This document shows, one piece after another, positions 16,054-34,555 of a stretch of 64,000 nucleotides of DNA. The DNA is from Halorussus marinus (lineage in GTDB: Archaea > Halobacteriota > Halobacteria > Halobacteriales > Haladaptataceae). Within the stretch, counting starts at the first letter, position 1, and every line of letters starts with the position of its first letter. The stretch spans positions 1 to 64,000 of the forward strand of contig NZ_SBIV01000012.1 in NCBI RefSeq assembly GCF_004765795.1, read 5' to 3'. The position numbers were made by a program, and so were the translations under genes. The notes under the pieces are model-generated. The model was not told where the DNA came from and searched no databases. It saw only the letters and a program-made list of their open reading frames with translations.

Positions 16054-17700
16054 GTGCGCCCGTCCATCCTCGCAGTCCTCGTCGTGCTTGCGGTCGCCGG
16101 TCCGGCGATCTGTGCCGTCCCGCCGGCCGCCACCGCGAGCGTCTCTCCGGACGCCGTTCGCGCCCAGAGCGCTACCGCCCCGGAGATTCGGGCCGTCTAT
16201 CCGAACCCCGCGACGCCCAACGACGCCGGGGAGTTCGTCGTCGTTCGGATGCCCGCGGCGACGGACGTCTCGGGGTGGCGCCTGCGCGACGACGAGTCGA
16301 GCGCGCGGCTCCCGAACCGCACCCTCTCGGGTACCGTCGCCCTCTCGACCGACCCCGAAGTCGCGCGGAATCTGACCGACGAGCGAGTCGTCGGACTCGC
16401 GGGCCACCTCGCGCTGGCGAACGGCGGCGAGACCGTCCGGCTGGTCGGCAACGAGACCGTCGCGACCGTCTCGTACCCCGACGCGCCCGAGGGCGACCGC
16501 TGGCACCGCGAGGGCGGCGACTGGGCGTGGGAACCGCTCGGCGCGACCGACTTCCGGGTGACCGACACCGGGCCCGCGAACGCGACCGCGTTCGTCCTGC
16601 CCGACGCTCCCGAAGCGGCGCTCGACCCGCTCCGGAACGCCGACGATCGACTCCTCGTGGCGGGGTACACCTTCGGGTCGGCGCGGGTCGCCGACGCGCT
16701 CGCGGACGCCGAGCGACGGGGGGTCGACGTTCGACTCCTGCTCGACGGCGCGCCGGTCGGCGGGATGACCCGTCGGCAGGCCAGACTCCTCGACTCGCTG
16801 GTCGCGCGCGGGGTCGACGTCCGAGTCGTCGGCGGGCCGACCGCCCGCTACGACTTCCACCACCCGAAGTACGCGGTCGCCGACGACCGGGCGCTCGTGC
16901 TCACCGAAAACTGGAAGCCGGCCGGCACCGGCGGCCGAGCGAGTCGGGGCTGGGGCGTCACCCTCCGGAACCCCGAGGCCGCAGACGCTCTGGCGAGGGT
17001 GTTCGAAGCCGACGCCGACGGTCGGGGCGCGATCGCGTGGTCGGCGTTCAGCGAGGGCCGGAGCTTCGAGCCGTCGACTCCCGCGAACGGGACGTTCCCG
17101 GCCGAAATCGCGTCGGCGTCGGTCCGGGTCGAATCGACGGAGGTGCTGGTCGCGCCCGACAACGCCGAGTCCGAGCTGGTCGCGTTGCTCGACGCGGCCG
17201 ACGAGTCGATCCGCGTCCAACAGCCCGCGGTCGGCGGACGCGCACAGCCGTTCGTGCGGGCCGCGCTCCGGGCGGCCCGCCGCGGGGTCGAGGTGCGCCT
17301 CTTGGTGAGCAACGCGTGGTACGTCGAGTCGGAGAACCGCGCGCTGGTCGAGTGGTTAAACGAGCGTGCCGCCGCGGCGGACCTCTCGCTGGAGGCGCGG
17401 CTCGCCCGTCCGGCGGGCCGCTACGAGAAGATCCACGCGAAGGGCGTGGTCGTCGACGGCGAGGCGGCCGCGGTCGGGAGCCTCAACTGGAACAACAACT
17501 CGGCCCGGGACAACCGGGAGGTCGTCGCCGTGCTCCGGGGTGAGGAGGTCGGCGGCTACTACGCCGCGGCCTTCGACCGCGACTGGTCGGCGAGCGCGGC
17601 CGGCGGCGAGCCCCCGGCCGTCGGGCTGATCGGGGCCGTCGCGGTCGGTGCGCTCGCGGCGATACTGCTCGCGAGAAGGGAGGTGACGTTCGAGCGCTAG
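16054..17700 (+). CDS. Secreted phospholipase D-family protein with lamin-tail-like N-domain and C-terminal anchor
   Basis: Signal peptide; VYPNP..GEFV; two HKD motifs (HPKYAVAD, HAKGVVVD...GSLNW); C-terminal TM. Confidence 0.88.
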   Translation: MRPSILAVLVVLAVAGPAICAVPPAATASVSPDAVRAQSATAPEIRAVYPNPATPNDAGEFVVVRMPAATDVSGWRLRDDESSARLPNRTLSGTVALSTDPEVARNLTDERVVGLAGHLALANGGETVRLVGNETVATVSYPDAPEGDRWHREGGDWAWEPLGATDFRVTDTGPANATAFVLPDAPEAALDPLRNADDRLLVAGYTFGSARVADALADAERRGVDVRLLLDGAPVGGMTRRQARLLDSLVARGVDVRVVGGPTARYDFHHPKYAVADDRALVLTENWKPAGTGGRASRGWGVTLRNPEAADALARVFEADADGRGAIAWSAFSEGRSFEPSTPANGTFPAEIASASVRVESTEVLVAPDNAESELVALLDAADESIRVQQPAVGGRAQPFVRAALRAARRGVEVRLLVSNAWYVESENRALVEWLNERAAAADLSLEARLARPAGRYEKIHAKGVVVDGEAAAVGSLNWNNNSARDNREVVAVLRGEEVGGYYAAAFDRDWSASAAGGEPPAVGLIGAVAVGALAAILLARREVTFER

Positions 17701-19598
17701 TCGTTCTGCTCGTGGCCGACGACCGTGCTCTGGAGGTCTTCATCGAGTTCGGCGTCGGCCATCTTCTCGACGAGCGCGTCGAGGACTTCCTCGCGCATGC
17801 CGGGCACGAACTTGATCGAGCCGACGACGAGGTGACCGCCGCCCGAGACGCCGCCGCCGACGATCTCCTCGTTGAGCTCCGAGACCATCTCGGGGATGTC
17901 GAGGCGCACGCCGTCGCTCCGGAGCACTGCGAAGTCCGGGCCGTAGCCGATGGTGATGACGGGCTCGCCGGTCTCTTGGACCTTCCGGTCGTGGATCTCG
18001 CCGGTGGTCTTACCCGGGGCGGGGTAGGTGAACCGGTAGGCGTGGTTCTCCACGTCGATCCGGTAGAGGTGAGCGTCGCTGTCGAGGCGCTCGTGTTCGA
18101 CGTGGGCCATCGCGGCGTTGAGCTGGTCGTCGACGTCGGATTCGGCCCGCCCCGCGAGGAACTCGACGAGCTCGCGGTGGCGCTCCTCGTCGTCGGTCCC
18201 GACGTTCAACACGTCGTTGATGATGTTTCGCCCGGCGTCGTACTTCAGCCAGTGGGCGGCGTAGTCGAGTGCCTCGCCGACGTCCCGGAGCGTCGACTCC
18301 GCGTACCCCTCCGACTCGGCGAGCGCGACGTAGTCGGTCATCGCGTCGGCTTTCGACCGGTCACAGAGACCCGCGACCGCGGGGACGTGGCGGAGCTCGT
18401 CGGTGATCGGCGGCCAGATCATCCGGGCGAGCTCGACGCACATCATCCCGGTGGTGATGCGGTAGTCCTCGCCGTGGAGGTAGGGGTTGACGTGGGCGTC
18501 GACGAACGGCTCGACCGCGTCGGGGTCGGGGTGGTGGTGGTCGACGACGACGATGGGAATGTCGTAGTGTGCGAGGTTCTCGTAGGCCGGCACGTCCTCG
18601 GCGGTGCTCCCGTTGTCGAGCATCAACAGGAGCGGGAGCTTCTGGCCGTGGCGGGCCTGGTCTTCGAGCGCGAAGTTCAGATCGCGGGTGACGTCCTCCA
18701 TCTCGTAGAACGGCGCCTTCGAGGGGAGGCGCTTGAACAGGTGGCGCTTGGCCTCGGGGTCTTGGTGGGTCTCCTCGATGAACCGTTCGAGGGCGTACTG
18801 GACCGGGATCGAGGCGCACATCCCGTCGCCGTCGGCGTGGTGGCGCACCCGGATCGGCCGGCTCTCGAGGACGGTCCGGCGCAGTTGGGCGGCGACCTCG
18901 CGAAGATCCGGGAACATCTGGGTTAGCGCGGGCCACTCGACCAGCGGTTCGGTCTCCTCGGGTTCGGCGCGGTCGTCGAGCGCGTCCGCGAGCCGCCCCT
19001 CGACCGCCTCGGCGTCCCCGTCGGTCAGGGCGTCGAGGCGCTCGACCTCGACCTGGAGGCCGTCCTCGCGCTCGTCGACTACGCCCGTCACCCGGATCAC
19101 GTCCTCGATCTCGACCTCGGGGTACGCCCGGACGCCCGCCTCCTCGAAGGCCGCACAGGGGATGACTCCCGTCTCGTCGCTCAGGTGGAAGATGGTCGGG
19201 CCGCCGGTCTGTTTTATTTGGACGACCTCGCCTTCGAGGTGGACGGTGTCGCCCACCCGATCGACGAGTTCGTCGATGTCGGCGATATCGTAGTCGTGTT
19301 CGACCGCGACCGTCTCGCAGTCGCCGAGGTCGACGGGCTCGAAGCTCAGGTCGCCGTTCTCTCGGATCTCGGTCAGCTCGACCACGAGGTCGTCGCCGAC
19401 CGCGTAGCTACCGTCGTAGGTCGACTCGTGGACGAGTCCGGAGACCGACTCGGAGAGGTCGACGAACACGCCGTAGTCGACCACGCCGTTGACCGTCGCG
19501 GCGTAGTAGCCGCCGGTTTCGACGTCCGAGACGGTACAGGCCGGGTCGAGGTCGTAGACCACGGCGTCCCCCTCGGCGTCGGAATCTGAAGCAGTCAT
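17697..19598 (-). CDS. RecJ-like DHH phosphoesterase with S1 and OB domains
   Basis: YGVFVDL S1 domain, QTGGPT OB domain, HHADGDG, DNGST, DHHHP, GGGH. Confidence 0.92.
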   Translation of the reverse strand: MTASDSDAEGDAVVYDLDPACTVSDVETGGYYAATVNGVVDYGVFVDLSESVSGLVHESTYDGSYAVGDDLVVELTEIRENGDLSFEPVDLGDCETVAVEHDYDIADIDELVDRVGDTVHLEGEVVQIKQTGGPTIFHLSDETGVIPCAAFEEAGVRAYPEVEIEDVIRVTGVVDEREDGLQVEVERLDALTDGDAEAVEGRLADALDDRAEPEETEPLVEWPALTQMFPDLREVAAQLRRTVLESRPIRVRHHADGDGMCASIPVQYALERFIEETHQDPEAKRHLFKRLPSKAPFYEMEDVTRDLNFALEDQARHGQKLPLLLMLDNGSTAEDVPAYENLAHYDIPIVVVDHHHPDPDAVEPFVDAHVNPYLHGEDYRITTGMMCVELARMIWPPITDELRHVPAVAGLCDRSKADAMTDYVALAESEGYAESTLRDVGEALDYAAHWLKYDAGRNIINDVLNVGTDDEERHRELVEFLAGRAESDVDDQLNAAMAHVEHERLDSDAHLYRIDVENHAYRFTYPAPGKTTGEIHDRKVQETGEPVITIGYGPDFAVLRSDGVRLDIPEMVSELNEEIVGGGVSGGGHLVVGSIKFVPGMREEVLDALVEKMADAELDEDLQSTVVGHEQND

Positions 19599-19705
19599 TC
19601 TTGTCGGTGGTTTCGGTTCGCCCGATTTTAAGGGTTTGCAAGTGGCCCGGACGGATCGACGCGCCGTTCGCAACCTTTAGAACGCGCCCGCCCGGAGTTT
19701 TCTCC

Positions 19706-20212
19706 ATGCGGCTGTTCCGTTCGAGCGAGATTCTCGGCATCGCCGAGGACGCCCTCCAGTTCGCTCTGGCGGCGTCCGAGGACGCCCACCCCCACGAGTA
19801 CATGGGGTTTCTCAGGGGCGAAGACGCCCGCTCGCTCGGACTCGACCGCGACGGGACCGTCATCACCGACGTGCTGGTCATCCCCGGCACCGAGTCGAAC
19901 CCGGTGAGCGCCACGGTCAAGACCAGTCAGGTACCGAACGACTTCAACTCGGTCGGATCGGTCCACTCGCACCCGAACGGCGTGCTCAAGCCCAGCGACG
20001 CCGATCTGGCGACTTTCGGGCGGGGGAAAGTCCACATCATCATCGGCTACCCCTACGGCGACGACGACTGGGCGGCTTTCGGTCGGGAGGGCGAGCCCCG
20101 CGATCTCGACGTGCTCGACGTTTCGCTCCCCGAAGGCGAATCGTTCTTCGACTTCACGCAGGCGGACATCGACGCCGAACTCGACTACGACTTCGATCAG
20201 GACTCACCATGA
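19706..20212 (+). CDS. JAMM/MPN+ metalloprotease
   Basis: HEYMG...[14 protein letters not shown] motif. Confidence 0.92.
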   Translation: MRLFRSSEILGIAEDALQFALAASEDAHPHEYMGFLRGEDARSLGLDRDGTVITDVLVIPGTESNPVSATVKTSQVPNDFNSVGSVHSHPNGVLKPSDADLATFGRGKVHIIIGYPYGDDDWAAFGREGEPRDLDVLDVSLPEGESFFDFTQADIDAELDYDFDQDSP

Positions 20213-20643
20213 CTCACGTCATCGCGCAGGGAACCTTCGATCTGCTCCACCCCGGACACGTCCACTACCTCCGGGACGCGGCCGCGATGGGCGACCGACT
20301 GACGGTCATCGTCGCCCGCCGCGAGAACGTCACGCACAAACAGCCGCCGGTGCTCGCGAACCGCCAGCGACGCGACGTGGTGGCGGCGCTCGGGGCGGTC
20401 GACGACGCGATCGTCGGCCACCCCGAGGACATCTTCGCGCCGATAGAGGAGCTGGCGCCCGACGTGATCGCGCTCGGCCACGACCAGCACCACGACGAGG
20501 CCGCCATCGCGGACGAACTGGCGCGGCGCGGGCTCGATTGTGAGGTCCGGCGCGCGAGCGCCTGCGAGCCCGCCTACGAGGGCGAACTCCTCTCGACGGG
20601 CCGGATCATCGACCGGATACTCGAAGAGCGAAGCCGGTCCTGA
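20209..20643 (+). CDS. ribL: FAD synthase (cytidylyltransferase family)
   Basis: [23 protein letters not shown]. Confidence 0.85.
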   Translation: MTHVIAQGTFDLLHPGHVHYLRDAAAMGDRLTVIVARRENVTHKQPPVLANRQRRDVVAALGAVDDAIVGHPEDIFAPIEELAPDVIALGHDQHHDEAAIADELARRGLDCEVRRASACEPAYEGELLSTGRIIDRILEERSRS

Positions 20644-20664
20644 TCGCGGAGAAAATCCGTCGGC

Positions 20665-21822
20665 TTACAGCGAGTCCCAGGCCTTCAGACCGCGAGGCCA
20701 CGAGGTGAGGTCGGCGATCCACCGGGCGGCGACGAACTTCTTGAGGAACTTCGCGGGCACGGAGTTGAACGTCCGGATCGGGATCACGTCGACGTCGTGG
20801 GCGATCGCCTTCTCGCCGACCGAGACGAGCGTCCCCTTGTCGTCGTAGGTCCAGGTCACGAGCGGCTGGTCGTTGATCGCGCGAGCGACGTTCTGGCCGG
20901 CGACCTCGGCGGCCTGCCAGGCGGCCTGGGCGGTCGGCGGCGCGGGGCCGTCGCCCTGATCGACGATGGCCGAGTCGCCGATGGCGAACACCCGGTCGTC
21001 GCTCGTCCGGAAGTTCGACTCGCAGGTCACGCGGTTGTGCTCGTTTTCGAGTTCGCACTCGTCGAGCGCCTGCTGACCGGTGATGCCGCCGGTCCAGACG
21101 AACACGTCGTAATCGAGGGGGTCGCCCTCGTCGAAGTGGATCGTCGACTCGTCGGCCTCGGTGATCGGGTCGTCGGTCAGGATCTCGACGTCGGCGTCTT
21201 CGAGGCGCTTTCGGACCGCGCCCTGAAGCTCGGAGTCCTGCCCGGGCATGATCTCTTCGAGCGCCTCGACGAGGTAGACGTCGATGGGCGCGCGCCGCTC
21301 GTCGCGGAGCTCCGCGACCTCGCCGGCGCTCTGGATGCCCGACAGTCCGGCGCCGCCGATCACGATCGTCGCCGGGTCGTTCCGGGACGCCTCGGCGGCG
21401 GCCTGAGTGACTCGCTCGTGGATCTCCATCGCGTCGTCGAGGCTCTTGAGCGTGAGCGCGTGCTCTTCCATCCCCGGGATGCCGTAGTAGGCGGTCTGGC
21501 TCCCGAGCGCGACGAGGAGGTAGTCGTAGTCGAGGTCCTCGCCGCCGTCGAGCGCGACCGTCTGGGCCTCGGTGTCGACCCCTTCGACCGTCGCCTGCAC
21601 GAACTCGGTGGACCGATCGGCGATCTCGCCGACCGGGATCGTGATGTCGTCCTCGACGGTCGGGTCCCGGATGGCACGGTGGGCCTCGTGGAGGACGAGG
21701 TGGTAGTCGTTCTCGGAGACCCAGGTCAACTCGGCGTCCGTGGCGTCCAGTTCGTCTTCGAGTCGCTGAATCGCGCCTGCCCCGGCGTACCCCGCGCCGA
21801 GCACGACGACCTGTTCAGTCAT
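20665..21822 (-). CDS. Type II NADH dehydrogenase-like FAD oxidoreductase
   Basis: GAGYAG, GAGLSG, VWTGG, FAIGD, PTAQAAWQ. Confidence 0.88.
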   Translation of the reverse strand: MTEQVVVLGAGYAGAGAIQRLEDELDATDAELTWVSENDYHLVLHEAHRAIRDPTVEDDITIPVGEIADRSTEFVQATVEGVDTEAQTVALDGGEDLDYDYLLVALGSQTAYYGIPGMEEHALTLKSLDDAMEIHERVTQAAAEASRNDPATIVIGGAGLSGIQSAGEVAELRDERRAPIDVYLVEALEEIMPGQDSELQGAVRKRLEDADVEILTDDPITEADESTIHFDEGDPLDYDVFVWTGGITGQQALDECELENEHNRVTCESNFRTSDDRVFAIGDSAIVDQGDGPAPPTAQAAWQAAEVAGQNVARAINDQPLVTWTYDDKGTLVSVGEKAIAHDVDVIPIRTFNSVPAKFLKKFVAARWIADLTSWPRGLKAWDSL

Positions 21823-22045
21823 ACCGCCAACTCCGGAGTCCTCCGATACAAAGGCTTTGGAAGCCTCACGCGGTTGAGTGAGAGTACCTACCACGAACGG
21901 CGGCCAACCCGACGGCTCGAACCCGAAGCACGCGACTGGACGAACGGACACGACCGGCGTCGCGGGACCACGAGAGAACGTCGAGAGGCGGAGACCGATC
22001 TGTGAGAGCCGGCGGGCGCCGCGAGACCGATATCGGCGGCCGAAC

Positions 22046-22579
22046 TCAGTGGGCGGGCTCTTCGGACGGGGCTTCCATCGAGTCGATCTTCAGGATGAGG
22101 ATGTTGCTGGTGTCGTCGGTGCCGTCGACGGTGCCCTCGACGACGAGCTTCGACAGCGGCGTCGGACCCACGCGAACCGAGTCGCCCTCGTCGAAGTCAC
22201 GAACCGACCCCTGAAGGTGGATCTCGGCCCGGCAGAGCTCGGGGTGGTGGACGCTCGTGAGGTCGACCTCCTCGACGTTCGACTCCTCGATGAGTTCGCC
22301 GTCGTGGACCAGCGGTACCTCCGCGGCGCTGTCCATCTGCTGGACATCGAGGGCCTCGAACGCGGTCGCGGTCGGCTTGTAGCCGCCCTTCGGCCCGGGG
22401 ACGCCCTCGACCAACTGGAGCGCTTTGAGGCTCTGCATCTGGTTGCGGATGGTGCCGGGGTTGCGGTCGACCTCCGCGGCGATGTCCTCTCCTTTCACCG
22501 CGTCGCCGGCGTCGCGGTGGAGATTGACGAGGGCGGTGAGAATCGTCTTCTGGCTCGGGGTCAGTTCGATAGTAGACAT
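22046..22579 (-). CDS. Winged-HTH transcription regulator (HrcA/Rrf2-like)
   Basis: KGEDIAAEVDRNPGTIRNQMQSLKALQLVEGVPGPKGGY. Confidence 0.88.
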   Translation of the reverse strand: MSTIELTPSQKTILTALVNLHRDAGDAVKGEDIAAEVDRNPGTIRNQMQSLKALQLVEGVPGPKGGYKPTATAFEALDVQQMDSAAEVPLVHDGELIEESNVEEVDLTSVHHPELCRAEIHLQGSVRDFDEGDSVRVGPTPLSKLVVEGTVDGTDDTSNILILKIDSMEAPSEEPAH

Positions 22580-22733
22580 TACCGAACCTTGGGGGTAGAT
22601 TTCCTTAAATGCGGCGAACGGCCGGTGGCGCCCGATATTTTCGGAATTCGGGGATAGGGGGCTCGTGCTTCCCGCGGCCCCCGATCGACGACGGAACGAC
22701 ACCGATTTGGCGCTGGCTCTGGACTCTCGAACC

Positions 22734-23663
22734 ATGCAAGGAAATCGCGTTCTCGTGACCGGCGGCGCGGGGTTCATCGGATCGAACCTCTCGAACCACC
22801 TCGCGGCCGACAACGACGTGATCGCGGTCGACGACTGCTATCTCGGAACCCCCGAGAACCTCGACGAGTCTGTCGAGTTCCACGACGCGAGCGTGCTCGA
22901 CGACGACCTCCCCACCGACGGCGTCGACGTGCTCTTTCACCTCGCGGCGCTGTCGTCGCTCACGATGCACGAGGACAGCATCGACGGACTCCGGCGCGGG
23001 GCGCGGGTCAACGTCGAGGGGTTCGCGAACGCGGTCGAGCAGGCGCGCCGGGACGGGTGTGACACCGTCGTCTACGCCTCGACCTCCTCGATCTACGGGA
23101 GTCGGACCGACCCGTCGCCCGAGAGCATGGCCGTGGAGGCCCACACCGGCTACGAGGCCTCGAAGCTCGCCCGCGAGCGCTACGGCGAGTACTTTTCGAA
23201 CGCCCACGACATGGACGTCGCGGGGATGCGGTTTTTCTCGGTGTATCAGGGCTACGGCGGCTCGGAGGGCCACAAGGGCGAGTACGCCAACATCATCGCG
23301 CAGTTCGCCGACGACATCGCGAACGGCGAACCGCCGGTCATCTACGGCGACGGGAGCCACACCCGCGATTTCACGCACGTCTCCGATATCGTCCGCGGGC
23401 TCGAACTCGCGGCCGACCACCGGCTCACCGGAATCTACAACCTCGGGACCGGCGAGTCCTACAGCGCGAACGAAGTGGTCGAACTGCTGGCCGACGAACT
23501 CGACGCCGACGTCGAACCCGAACACGTCGAAAACCCCATCCCCGAGGACATGTTCGTCCACGACACGATGGCCGACGCCACCAAGATGGCCGAGGCGACC
23601 GGCTGGGAGCCCGAGATCGGGTTCGAGGAGGGCATCGAGCGGGTCTGTGCCCAGTACAAGTGA
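22734..23663 (+). CDS. NAD-dependent nucleotide-sugar epimerase/dehydratase
   Basis: TGGAGFIG, STSSIYG, YEASK, RDFTHV. Confidence 0.93.
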   Translation: MQGNRVLVTGGAGFIGSNLSNHLAADNDVIAVDDCYLGTPENLDESVEFHDASVLDDDLPTDGVDVLFHLAALSSLTMHEDSIDGLRRGARVNVEGFANAVEQARRDGCDTVVYASTSSIYGSRTDPSPESMAVEAHTGYEASKLARERYGEYFSNAHDMDVAGMRFFSVYQGYGGSEGHKGEYANIIAQFADDIANGEPPVIYGDGSHTRDFTHVSDIVRGLELAADHRLTGIYNLGTGESYSANEVVELLADELDADVEPEHVENPIPEDMFVHDTMADATKMAEATGWEPEIGFEEGIERVCAQYK

Positions 23664-23759
23664 TCGTCTCCTGACGGCTCGCGATCGCCGCCCGCCGTTC
23701 CGGTCCGGTCCGAACCGAAAACAGACCCTTCTTTAGACTACCCGGCCGAACGCCCGTGT

Positions 23760-24680
23760 ATGAGCCGACAGGTGCGGCTGATCGGGACTCCCATGGACCT
23801 CGGCGCGAACCGACGCGGCGTCGACATGGGCCCCTCGGCGATCCGATACGCGGGACTGGCCGACGAACTCCGGGCGGCGGGCGTCGAAACGACCGACACC
23901 GGCGACCTGCTGGTGCCACACGCCGAGGAGCGCGACCCCGACGCCGAACAGCCAAGCGAGGGGACCGCGAAGTTCCTCCGGGAGACCGCCGACGTCTGTA
24001 CGCGGCTGGCCGACGAGGTCGCGGCCGCACTCGACGACGGCGCGTTCCCGCTCGTGCTCGGCGGGGACCACTCCATCGCGGTCGGCACCATGCGCGGGGC
24101 GGGCCGGGACGCCGACCTCGGCGCGGTGTGGTTCGACGCCCACGGCGACTTCAACACGCCGGCGACGTCCCCGAGCGGCAACGTCCACGGGATGCCGCTG
24201 GCGGCCGCGCTGGGCATCGGCGACTTCGCGGACACCGAGTGGGCGAACGTCCCGACCCTCGCCGAAGAGAACGTCGCTATCGTCGGGCTCCGGAGCCTCG
24301 ACGACACCGAGCGCGAGGAGATCCGCGACAGCGACGTGACCGCGTTCACCATGTCGGACATCGACGAGCGCGGCGTCGGTCCGGTCACCGAGGACGCCCT
24401 CGATATCGCGAGCGACGGCACCGAGGGGATCCACGTCAGCCTCGACCTCGACTGGCTCGACCCGAAGGAGGCGCCGGGGGTCGGGACGCCGGTCCGGGGC
24501 GGGGTCACATACCGAGAGGCCCACTCGGCGCTGGAGACGGTCGCCGAACGCGACGAGGCCGAGGGCGTGTTGCGCTCGATGGAGGTCGTCGAAGTCAACC
24601 CGATCCTCGACGAGCACAACGAGACCGCGGAGTTGGCGACCGAACTCGCGGCGAGCGGACTGGGAAAGCGCATCCTGTAA
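23760..24680 (+). CDS. rocF: Arginase
   Basis: GGDHS, DAHGDFNT..SPSGNVHGMP, SLDLD..DP..APGVGT, EVNP. Confidence 0.95.
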   Translation: MSRQVRLIGTPMDLGANRRGVDMGPSAIRYAGLADELRAAGVETTDTGDLLVPHAEERDPDAEQPSEGTAKFLRETADVCTRLADEVAAALDDGAFPLVLGGDHSIAVGTMRGAGRDADLGAVWFDAHGDFNTPATSPSGNVHGMPLAAALGIGDFADTEWANVPTLAEENVAIVGLRSLDDTEREEIRDSDVTAFTMSDIDERGVGPVTEDALDIASDGTEGIHVSLDLDWLDPKEAPGVGTPVRGGVTYREAHSALETVAERDEAEGVLRSMEVVEVNPILDEHNETAELATELAASGLGKRIL

Positions 24681-24828
24681 CGCGACCGTTCCCTGCGGTC
24701 GCTCGCGGGAGCACTGCTGGTGTGCGCGCCAGCGACGCACTGTTCGATGCGTGATTTTCTTCCCCCGTCTGCCCGCCGGCTTGGCGAAAACCGACGGCCT
24801 CAAGAGTGTCTCGCGCGCGTCGGCTACT

Positions 24829-25494
24829 GTGACCGACTACGACGCGATCCTCTTCGACAACGACGGCGTGCTGGTCGAACCCCCGTCTCGGGAGACGCTT
24901 CGGGAGGCCGCCCGGACCGCCTTCGAGGCGGTCGGCGTCGACGACGCCGACGAGCGCCACGTCGAGGACGTGATGTACGGCGTGACCCCGGAGTTGCTCG
25001 GGCGCGTGTGCGACCACTACGGGCTCGACCGGGCGGCCTTCTGGGAGGCCCGGGACCGCCGGGCCGCCGCGGCCCAGCGCACCGAGTTCCGCGAGGGCGA
25101 GCGCGACCGCTACGACGACGTGGCGGCGCTCGCGGACCTCGATCACGACTTCGGTGTCGTGAGCTCGAACCAGCACCTCACGATCGAGTTCGTCGTGGAG
25201 TTCTTCGGATTCGAGAAGCTGTTCGACACGTACTACGGCCGGGAGCTAACCGTCGAGAGCGTCCGGCGCAAGAAGCCAAATCCACACTACCTCGAACGCG
25301 CGCTCGCGGATCTCGACACCGAATCGGCGCTGTTCGTCGGCGACAGCGAGAGCGACGTCGAGGCCGCCGATCGGGCCGGGCTCGACTCGGCGTTCGTCCG
25401 GCGCAGCCACCGCGCCGACCTCGAACTGTCGGTCGATCCGACCTACGAGGTCGAAGACCTCTGGGGCGTCGCAGAGATAGCGGGCCGAACGTAG
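24829..25494 (+). CDS. HAD-family hydrolase
   Basis: FDNDGVL, KKPNP, VGDS..D. Confidence 0.9.
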   Translation: MTDYDAILFDNDGVLVEPPSRETLREAARTAFEAVGVDDADERHVEDVMYGVTPELLGRVCDHYGLDRAAFWEARDRRAAAAQRTEFREGERDRYDDVAALADLDHDFGVVSSNQHLTIEFVVEFFGFEKLFDTYYGRELTVESVRRKKPNPHYLERALADLDTESALFVGDSESDVEAADRAGLDSAFVRRSHRADLELSVDPTYEVEDLWGVAEIAGRT

Positions 25495-32548
<7,054 letters not shown>

Positions 32549-32552
<4 letters not shown>

Positions 32553-33634
32553 GCACGGACACCACAGCCCAAGAGAAACTCATCGACCTCGCCGCGGAGT
32601 TCTACGATCAGCTAGAGCGGGGCGAGATCCCCGAGATGTCGGTCCCCACCCGGACCAAGAGCAACATCGTCTTCGACGAGGACTCGGACGTGTGGGTGTA
32701 CGGCGACCGCGAGAGCACCCGGAGCGCAAACAGCGTCCGGGGGGCGCGCAAACTCCTCAAGGCGATCTACACGATCGAGTTCCTCGCCGACCAGCTCGAC
32801 GCCGACCGGTCGTCGACCCTGCGTGAACTCTACTACCTCAGCGAGAGCTGGGACGTCGACGAGGCGCAGTTCTCCTCTCAGGACGAGTCGAACCAGCTCG
32901 TCGAGGACTTAGAGATCGTCTCGGAGGTCACCCGCGAGGACTTCCACATGCGGCCCGAGGAGTCGGGCGCGACCATCATGGGGCCGCTGTACCTCCGCGA
33001 GCAGACCCGACGGGGCGAACGCGAGATCCACTGTCAGGAGGACGTCGGGGAGGGCGGCTACCAGATCCCGAACAACCCCGACACGATCGAGTTCCTCGAC
33101 AACGACGCCGACTTCGTGCTCTGCGTCGAGACCGGCGGCATGCGCGACCGGCTGGTGGAAAACGGCTTCGACGAGGAGTACAACACCATCATCGTCCACC
33201 TCAAGGGCCAGCCCGCCCGCGCGACCCGCCGGATCACGAAGCGACTCCACGACGAACTCGACCTTCCGGTGACGGTGTTCACCGACGGGGACCCGTGGTC
33301 GTACCGCATCTTCGGCTCGGTGGCGTACGGCTCGATCAAGTCGGCCCACCTCAGCGACTACCTCGCGACCCCGGAAGCCCAGTTCATCGGCATCCAGCCC
33401 GAGGACATCGTGGAGTACGACCTCCCGACCGACCCGCTGAGCGATTCCGACGTCAACGCCCTCGAGAGCGAGCTAGAGGACCCCCGCTACCAGACCGACT
33501 ACTGGGAAAAACAGATCGAGATCCAACTCGACATCGAGAAAAAGTCCGAACAGCAGTCGCTGGCGTCCCACGGACTCGACTTCGTGACCGAGACGTACCT
33601 GCCCGAGCGCCTCGACGAGATGGGCGTCCTCTAG
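32549..33634 (+). CDS. top6A: DNA topoisomerase VI subunit A
   Basis: [27 protein letters not shown]. Confidence 0.98.
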
Positions 33635-34449
33635 CGCTCCCTGACGAACTCGTCGGCGTCTCGGGTCGCGCTGTCCCCGACCTCACCGCCCGTGAACGGA
33701 TCGCCCTGCGCACAGGACCGACAGTACCAGTTCTCGCCCTTCTCGTCGGTCGAGATCGGGAGTCCCGCGACGTACAGCGTCTCCCCGAACGTGCGCTTGA
33801 CGCCCGTGCCGACCGGCCGCGAACACGCCGTGCAGGGCACGTCTGGCGCCTCGACGACCTCCTCGTCGGTCGATCGGACCCTGCCGAACGTGGTGACCGA
33901 CTCGCGGTCGGCGAACCGCTTCCGGAACGGGGGGAACGCGAACAGCGCGACGGCCAGACACGTCACGCCGAAGAGCGCGGCCGGGAGGGCGACCGCGTCG
34001 CCGAGGACCGCGAATCCGAAGATCGCACACAGGAAGCTGAGGAAGTAGCTCGCCGGATCCGAGACGAGGTCATCGCCCGAGGCGTCGTCCTCGCCGCCCC
34101 CGGAGACGTACCGCTCGGTGCCGTCGGCTCGAAGTTCGATCCGGTCGGCCCCCGGCGAGTAGCTGTACCACGCGTACAGGAGGTTGCCAAAGCCCCAGGT
34201 GAACAGGAACAAGAGCGCGTGGACGCCAAGCGAGCCGAACCCCCGGTCGATCAGCACGACCCGATCGCCGTAGTCGTGTTTCACGTCCCACCCCTCGACC
34301 GTGTGGTCCTCGACTCGGCGCCGGAAGTCGTCGCGGCGGTTCGACCGGCGGCTCCCGATCGGCGCCCCGCAGTCCGAGCAAAACGAGTCGTCGGGACCCA
34401 GCGCCGACCCGCACTGCGAGCAGAAGTTCGAGCCGTTTGGAGGACTCAT
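33631..34449 (-). CDS. Zinc-ribbon membrane protein
   Basis: CSQC/CSDC at the N-terminus, TM segments, CTAC/CRSC at the C-terminus. Confidence 0.8.
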   Translation of the reverse strand: MSPPNGSNFCSQCGSALGPDDSFCSDCGAPIGSRRSNRRDDFRRRVEDHTVEGWDVKHDYGDRVVLIDRGFGSLGVHALLFLFTWGFGNLLYAWYSYSPGADRIELRADGTERYVSGGGEDDASGDDLVSDPASYFLSFLCAIFGFAVLGDAVALPAALFGVTCLAVALFAFPPFRKRFADRESVTTFGRVRSTDEEVVEAPDVPCTACSRPVGTGVKRTFGETLYVAGLPISTDEKGENWYCRSCAQGDPFTGGEVGDSATRDADEFVRER

Positions 34450-34555
34450 ATGCGAAGGTGTTAGGCCCCCAGTAAGTAAATGCTGGTCACACGTTTCCGT
34501 CCCGCGAAACGCGCCCGCGGTTTTTGAGCGGTCGCGTCGGTCGCCCGCAGTCCGC

